A DNA stretch of 64,000 nt from the human T2T-CHM13v2.0 reference genome, Homo sapiens. Location of the stretch: assembly GCF_009914755.1 (NCBI RefSeq), contig NC_060927.1; one strand, 5' to 3'. The position numbers were made by a program, and so were the translations under genes. Each line of letters starts with the position of its first letter. Within the stretch, counting starts at the first letter, position 1. The notes under the pieces were generated by a model. That model saw nothing but the letters and a program-made list of their open reading frames with translations. It was not told the DNA's origin and did no database searches. Below, piece after piece: positions 56,721 to 64,000 of this stretch.

Positions 56721-58069
56721 CTCCAGATTGGCCTAGCAGTTCAGGCATCTTGTTTGTTTTGCTCTTCCTTTTACCCATGCCTGTGAGCAGGCAGTGGAGT
56801 GAGTAGTCACTAACATGTCAGGCCCTGTGCTAAATGCTCTAGGAGAATGATCCTACGATGCCCCCGGCGTCACTAACAGGGAACCATTTGGAGAGGTTGA
56901 GGAATGTGTCCAAAGTCAGTACCACTGGTGGAATTTTAAATCAGTCCTAAAGACCTCCAGGGTGGTGTTCTTACCTCTGCTTCGTAAACCCTCAAGTTCT
57001 CAAACTCATTCTGGCTTGTGGGCAGCAAGCCAGGGCACCAGTGCTCAACAAGACACGCTATAGAGAACACTGGCACTGGGAACTGTTAGCCAAGTCCCTT
57101 CCCACTGAGGCCCTTCAACATCTTGGCAGCCTATCAACCCCACTCAGACTGCAGAAGAATGTTTGGATTCGAGGGGAAATTGGGGAAAAATTATTTTCTA
57201 GATTTTATAAAGGTTACTGTCATTTGCACATAATAAATCTCTGTTCTGCCTGATGTTATTTGCATGAAGAGGGCTTCACCCACTACGTTCTTAACGATAT
57301 CTTCACCAGAACCTTCCCATTCAGAAGTCATGCCTACACAACTTTGAGAATTCCCAAGCACTAAACATCTCAGGAGCTGAACCATCTAGGGAACTCATAT
57401 TCATGCCTCAAAGCCCTGTTCAGACTTGGTGCCCCACTTTTGTGGAGCTTGACCATATATGTCCCAGATGCCCCAGTTGTTCATTCCTTCTGCATAGCTC
57501 CATACTGTAACACCCTGACATTGTACGCATACTTCTCTACATTAACCATTAGCCAACCAGACTGAGTTGCTTGACACAGGGACTAAGGACACGTCTTTGT
57601 ATAGGTTTTGCATATTACAACAGGCCAACTACAGCACCTGTCAGAAATGGCTGAAGACCTTAAAAAGCCAAAAAAAAAAAAAAACCACATTCAGAGATCA
57701 ACTAAAACACACAAGGAGACACCCACAGGAGGACACTGGTGATTTCCTCTGAATCTTGAGAACGTCCAGCTGATTTTAGTGAAATTATTCATGCAAGTCT
57801 CGCGCAGTGAGTTGGGTGCTGGGATGTCTGGAGAAAGCTACATGGGCACGGAGGTCCTCTCTGTCGTCAGTATCATCCTGCACCAAACTAGCCGCGGCCC
57901 CAGTAATAATGCCACAGAGAAGCTTCCTCCATTCCATGGTCTTGGTTTTTTCTTTTGTTTTTGTTTTTTTGACAACAATCACAGTCACTCCCACGTCTGG
58001 ATTTGTCAAAAGCCCAGGCCTGCTCCATCAGGAAAACCAGGGAGAAGGGGATTGCAGGCGGAGTTGCCT

Positions 58070-58985
<916 letters not shown>

Positions 58986-60324
58986 AGGGATTTCTGAAAC
59001 TAAAGAAGGGAGCTGAGTCTCATTTTGTATCCTTTTGTCATTTTTTTCTCACTTGTATATACTTTTAAATAAAGAATGGAGGCTATTTCTCAGCTGATGA
59101 GAAAATTCTATAGTATTGTAGGGTGGCCTTATGATGATCCAAGAATATACCAAAATAACCTCTTCAACAGAATACTATTTCCCCTTTTACCCTTCTCTCC
59201 CAATATTCTATGAGACCCCCAAAGGCAAAAAGCACCCCACATTTTGGACCAGCAGCTTGGCACTCAGCCTCCTTCAGAGGGGCTTCACCAGCCAGCCCCA
59301 GCCCAACTGGTTTCTACCTAAATACTCACTCCCTATGCACTATAGCTACTGACTTTGCCTCAAAGTGATTTCTCTCTCAAACGCCTAGTACATCAACGTC
59401 AATTGGCACTGGTTTCTGTTAACGAACAGACTGGCCTGCGCCAACCACAGCTTACCACACGTGTACTCGGCCTACTTCCCTATTTTCAATGCCTAATGAT
59501 TTTTGCTGCGCCTGAACACATCTGGAGGGAGCCAGGCCCACTGGCTGCCTCTCGTCCCACTCCAGGCCCTCCTACAAAGGTGCACTCAGCAAACCCTCCA
59601 AGTACAGACAGGTTCTACAATGTTGCTCCAAGTCAGAGAGGAGGCCTCAAACAATCAAGGATTTTTTTTTTTTTTTTGGAGAAATGATCAAACCCGGGGG
59701 TGGGGACAGAACTTCCTGCAAGAAACCGCATCCTGAACAAGCATCACCACGACTCACTGTAAATAAATACTCTCTCCTTGCAGCACTTCCGTCAACTGTC
59801 AGGGCCCTGGCTCCAATCGCCTTTCAAGTCCAAACAGGAAAGGGGAGAAAAGAGAGTGAGATGGCAGATAGGAGGTTTAATTTGCTTCTTGCTGCAGTTT
59901 TCATTGGTGGGGCGCTTCCAATTCAGCAGGCCTGCCAGCTGCCTGGAATTGCTCCTGGACCCCACTTTTTCCTGTTAACCTTCATAATTGTATTATTACG
60001 GGCCAGCCCACAACTGGCCTACCCAAGGCTCAGAGGAGTGCGGCTTCTTCCCTACATCAGATAAGAAGCCAAAATCAAACAGGCCTGCTGCAGACAGAAA
60101 GGCAACTGATGTTTGCGAGGGATGCTCTGTACATGCCTCTGCTGTGACTTAACCCAAGGGATTGGGGGGAGTGGGGATGGCCATGGGGACTGGAGGGTAG
60201 AGGGTTCAAGAAGGAAATAAGTCAGTGACCTCAATTTTCTGGAAAACGAATGTGAAGGATATCCTTTTCAAAGTGCACAATGTGGCCGGGCAGGGGAAGA
60301 TGTGCAAGGGAGATCTTTCATTTC

Positions 60325-60580
60325 AATAACAGCAATAGCAAGTACTTCTGGAGTGCAGACCACGTGGCAGGCATGACATAAATAGCTTCAACATACCTTT
60401 AGTCCTTAGTGTTCTCCATGGTACCTGTGAGGGAAGAGCCATAACCCCCATTTTACCAATGAGGAGGCCAAGTGTGGGAGGGCTACAGAAACACAGGCTG
60501 CTTCACAAACCGTAAGTGGCAAAAGCAGGAATTCAAACTCAGTTTTGCCTAAATCAGGGCTGCTGTGAACAGCTGGGAAG
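60325..60580 (-). mobile_element. MIR
   Basis: CCCCATTTTACCAATGAGGA...GTAAGTGGCAAAAGCAGGAATTCAAACTCAG. Confidence 0.7.
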
Positions 60581-60980
60581 GAGGTGTACTGCACAACTGA
60601 AACGAGTGCCACACACATCTCCAGCAATGTAAATGGCAGCTCAGCAGTGTTTTGCCTGAACCGGAATGGGGCTGATGCTGAAGTCCACATTTTAACCATG
60701 GAATATACTGCCTCCCAAAGGTTCTGGAAAATAAAAATGAGCTCTGTCCAGAGCTTCTCAAGAAGTTCTAAGATTCTAAGGTAGTATGAACTCCATGGCT
60801 TTCAACCAAGTCAATTTGCCCTATATAAAGGGCCTTTCTTTGTTGAATTCCCTATAATTCAAATTTCCCATTTGTTTCTGTGTTATGTATGCCCCAAGTC
60901 TGTTTTTACACAGTATTGAAATTAACAATGCCTGGCATATTAATAATAGATATAAATATCTATCAATAGATATTTATACC

Positions 60981-61278
<298 letters not shown>

Positions 61279-61327
61279 TATGTGTGTCTTTTAACACATA
61301 CAAGTATCTATTGAAAACAACTCATAG

Positions 61328-61365
61328 GTGAGTGAGTGAGTGAGTGAGTGAGTGAGTGAATGAAT
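61328..61365. repeat. (GTGA)n-(ATGA)n tetranucleotide repeat
   Basis: Read directly. Confidence 0.85.
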
Positions 61366-62176
61366 TCAGGCATTCAATGTGTCATCACGATGGCCAAAGC
61401 AGAAGACAGTTCTTGCCCTTCTCTGAGAAGCCTGGGCCTCATGGAGAAATGGGTGCTCTGCCATCTTGCTAAGACTGGCTTCCATAAAAGCTGCTGTCAT
61501 TTGTGGGCACCCTTGATTTTTTTTAATATAACTATGAAAATTCAGGCTCGGGCACAGTGGTGGTAGCAGCTCTGGTTGCAGATGGAGGTAATATAATGTG
61601 TTGTTGGCAGCCCAGGAGGAAACAGGGAGGGTAATAAGCAGAGAAAAAGCATGTTCAAGAATGAAGGAGTGGGTGAAACCTCGTAAACTCTTCGCAGACA
61701 AGACATGCCCCCTGGAGCCTCTGCCCTAAGGAGGGAGGGAGCCAGGCGGCTTCCCAGAGGCAGAGGAGGATGAAGCTAGAGATAGAGCTGAGGTGCCCAG
61801 GGCACCTGCTGCCACACACTGAAAAAAAAAAATTAATAAAAGTAAAAATGAACCACTGCATGTAGCAGCAAAGTGTTATTAAAACACTGTAATGTCTCAG
61901 AGGTTCCTATGAAGTCATGTTCTTACAATTCACTCATAAGAATTTAAAGACAAAATTATATGCCTCGTAATTCTCCAATGAGTATGTTTCTCTATGGATC
62001 CCATTGTTTAGATGGGATGCACAGCTTCCAGCAGGTTTAAATCATTGAAGGGATTTTAAAAACTGGCACTTTCCAGAAATCTGGCTGCACATTCCTCAGC
62101 AGGAGTAAGTGTCAATACAGATTATGTCTACACACTTGTGTATACCAGTACATCTATTTCAGGACACGCTTTCCAT

Positions 62177-62490
62177 CAGGGTTGCAAACTCAAATGCCCA
62201 TAGGGGCCAGGCAGTTGCTTCAATGGATTCAATGGATGAAGCAGGCAGGGACTCAAACACTAGGGAGTGGGTGGGAATGCATCCCTAACAGACAGCTTTG
62301 ACAAGCCCCATCTAAATGGGCACTTGACCCCAGCATGGGAGAGGGGCTGGTGTTACTACATCTTTTGGTTTGTTACAAGAAGTCAGGAATCTGGGCTCTG
62401 CATAGGAAACCTCAGTAAATAAATGCCAGTGATCATCCAAATACCTTATTTAGAATACCATACAAGTTAGCATGTAGTTGTGGCCTGAAT
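62177..62490. mobile_element. hAT-Charlie element (MER102-like)
   Basis: Terminal CAGGGTTGCAAACTCAAATGCC...GGGGCCAGGCAG and internal TAGGGAGTGG, CAAGAAGTCAGGAATCT; family assignment from recall. Confidence 0.55.
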
Positions 62491-63749
62491 ACCTCTGTCT
62501 ACACCTATGTCTACACATACAGCAAGAATGACTGTTTAAATTTAGCCACTATGTTTCCAGGCCCCTCTGCCTTACACATTCTCAAGCTAGTTTATGAGGC
62601 ACCCCAACGAGCTTACAAACAGTCACATCCACTTAGATGAATGGCCTGAGTCAGGGAGGAACCTGCCAATCTGGGCAGTGATTGGCAACCAGGTGCCACA
62701 TGGCTGGAGTCAGATCTGAAAGGGCATCACTCCAGCTGGAAGGAAGTAGGTCAGTGGCCTAGTTCCACAGGTCTGCATACCAACCTGCTCCCATTCCATT
62801 GTACTTTTCCCTTCTGGACAGATGAAACCATCGAGGCCTATGTCCAGTTACCAGACAGAAACTGAGAGGACCCACTAAGGGAGCGTGTGGATGAGGTTCA
62901 CGCTAGCAGCATGGTTCTTTAAAGGAAGCTCATCCACGTCCAGCGTGCCCTACCTGTTCAGACACAGGTTGCAACAGATAGAAGCAAAGCCCTTCTAAAA
63001 GAATCTGGCCTTTTTCATATATTTTTATTAAACTTGAATACTCACCAGAATGGGGCAGGGGGAGAGGGGTTTGGATATCATGTCTTTCTCTTTCACCCTA
63101 CTCAAGATCATAGTGAAATTTCAACATTTGCAAGTATAGAATCTATACAGTATACTTACAACTATGCAAGTATAGAATCAGCCAGAGACAAGTGTAGACA
63201 CGTTCAGAGAGAAGAACCTCAAATGACTCATTCTTCCAGTTTTCTCAAACTGATTTCAGCTTTGAGGAAAGAGGCTTCATTCATACACACCACACATCAG
63301 ATAGTGCCAGGCCTCATGGAACCCTTCACGGGTTGATGCCTCTAAACAACGCTTCCCTGCCGAGGAATGTGAATGTTGCCAGCCTTGGGGACGGAACCCC
63401 AGCACAGAAATAGACTCCTTCTAAGATTTCAATCTTAGTGACTGACAGACACCTCCTAGTCTATCAGGAGATCTTTATCCCCTGACCAGGGTGAAGGATT
63501 CCCACTGCTTCCTTTCCCCTTACACACACCTCTCTGAACAGCTTCCACAAAGAAATGTACAAAATCCTGCTCCATTAAGTCTGCGAAAACAGTATGGGCA
63601 CTAAATGCTTTCCTCATTCTGCAAAGAAAGGCTGTTGACTGGTAAGGTTTAAGCAATACTTAAGAAAGAAATTCTGGTACCTCTCCCAAAAGACAAACTG
63701 TACCTATAATAATATCCCTGGACAATTAATGGAACATAGCAAAGACTAC

Positions 63750-63985
63750 ACAGTGGTTAAGATCACTGGTATTAAGAGCACTGGCTCATGGGTTAGGGTC
63801 TGTTGTTATTGACCTGTGAACTTGGGTAAATGATTTAATTTCTCCAAGCAGCAATGTCCTCATATGTAAACTAGTAGGTAATAATGGTACCCGCAAAAAG
63901 GAGTTTTCCTTAAGAATAAAATGGGACGCATTCAAGAACACTTTGCAAAATACCTTAACTAGTAGGTAATGGTGGTAGTGTCTAC
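63750..63985 (+). mobile_element. MIR
   Basis: AGTGGTTAAGATCACTGG...TGTGAACTTGGGTAAATGATTTAA...TCCTCATATGTAAA...AATAATGGTACC. Confidence 0.75.
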
Positions 63986-64000
63986 AACAAAGATAATTCC

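Overview
Primate, probably human, genomic DNA. It carries about 20 Alu elements (J/S/Y-type, many with target-site duplications) plus MIR, L2, old L1M, MLT1 and MER elements. I cannot support any protein-coding exon; the long ORFs in the track come from repeats. The first ~6.5 kb is AT-rich and lacks recognisable interspersed repeats. It looks like the 3' end of a minus-strand gene: AATAAA at 420-425 with a GU-rich downstream element, a strong acceptor at 3288-3310, and a possible small upstream exon at 4163-4439. The rest reads as one very long intron of that gene. ERC2 (3p14, beside WNT5A) has this architecture, but I could not verify the identity, so no symbol is assigned. The outstanding feature is a ~3.3 kb, ~165-copy 20-bp purine-strand minisatellite (47958-51238). 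It has a five-variant unit code, a 320-bp higher-order repeat, almost no CpG decay, near-uninterrupted ORFs on both strands and a 3.5 kb AG-free pyrimidine tract on the putative transcript strand. A well-formed 111-nt cryptic exon and a HOX/CDX plus AP-1 motif cluster lie beside it. This is a testable candidate locus, not a demonstrated new system.
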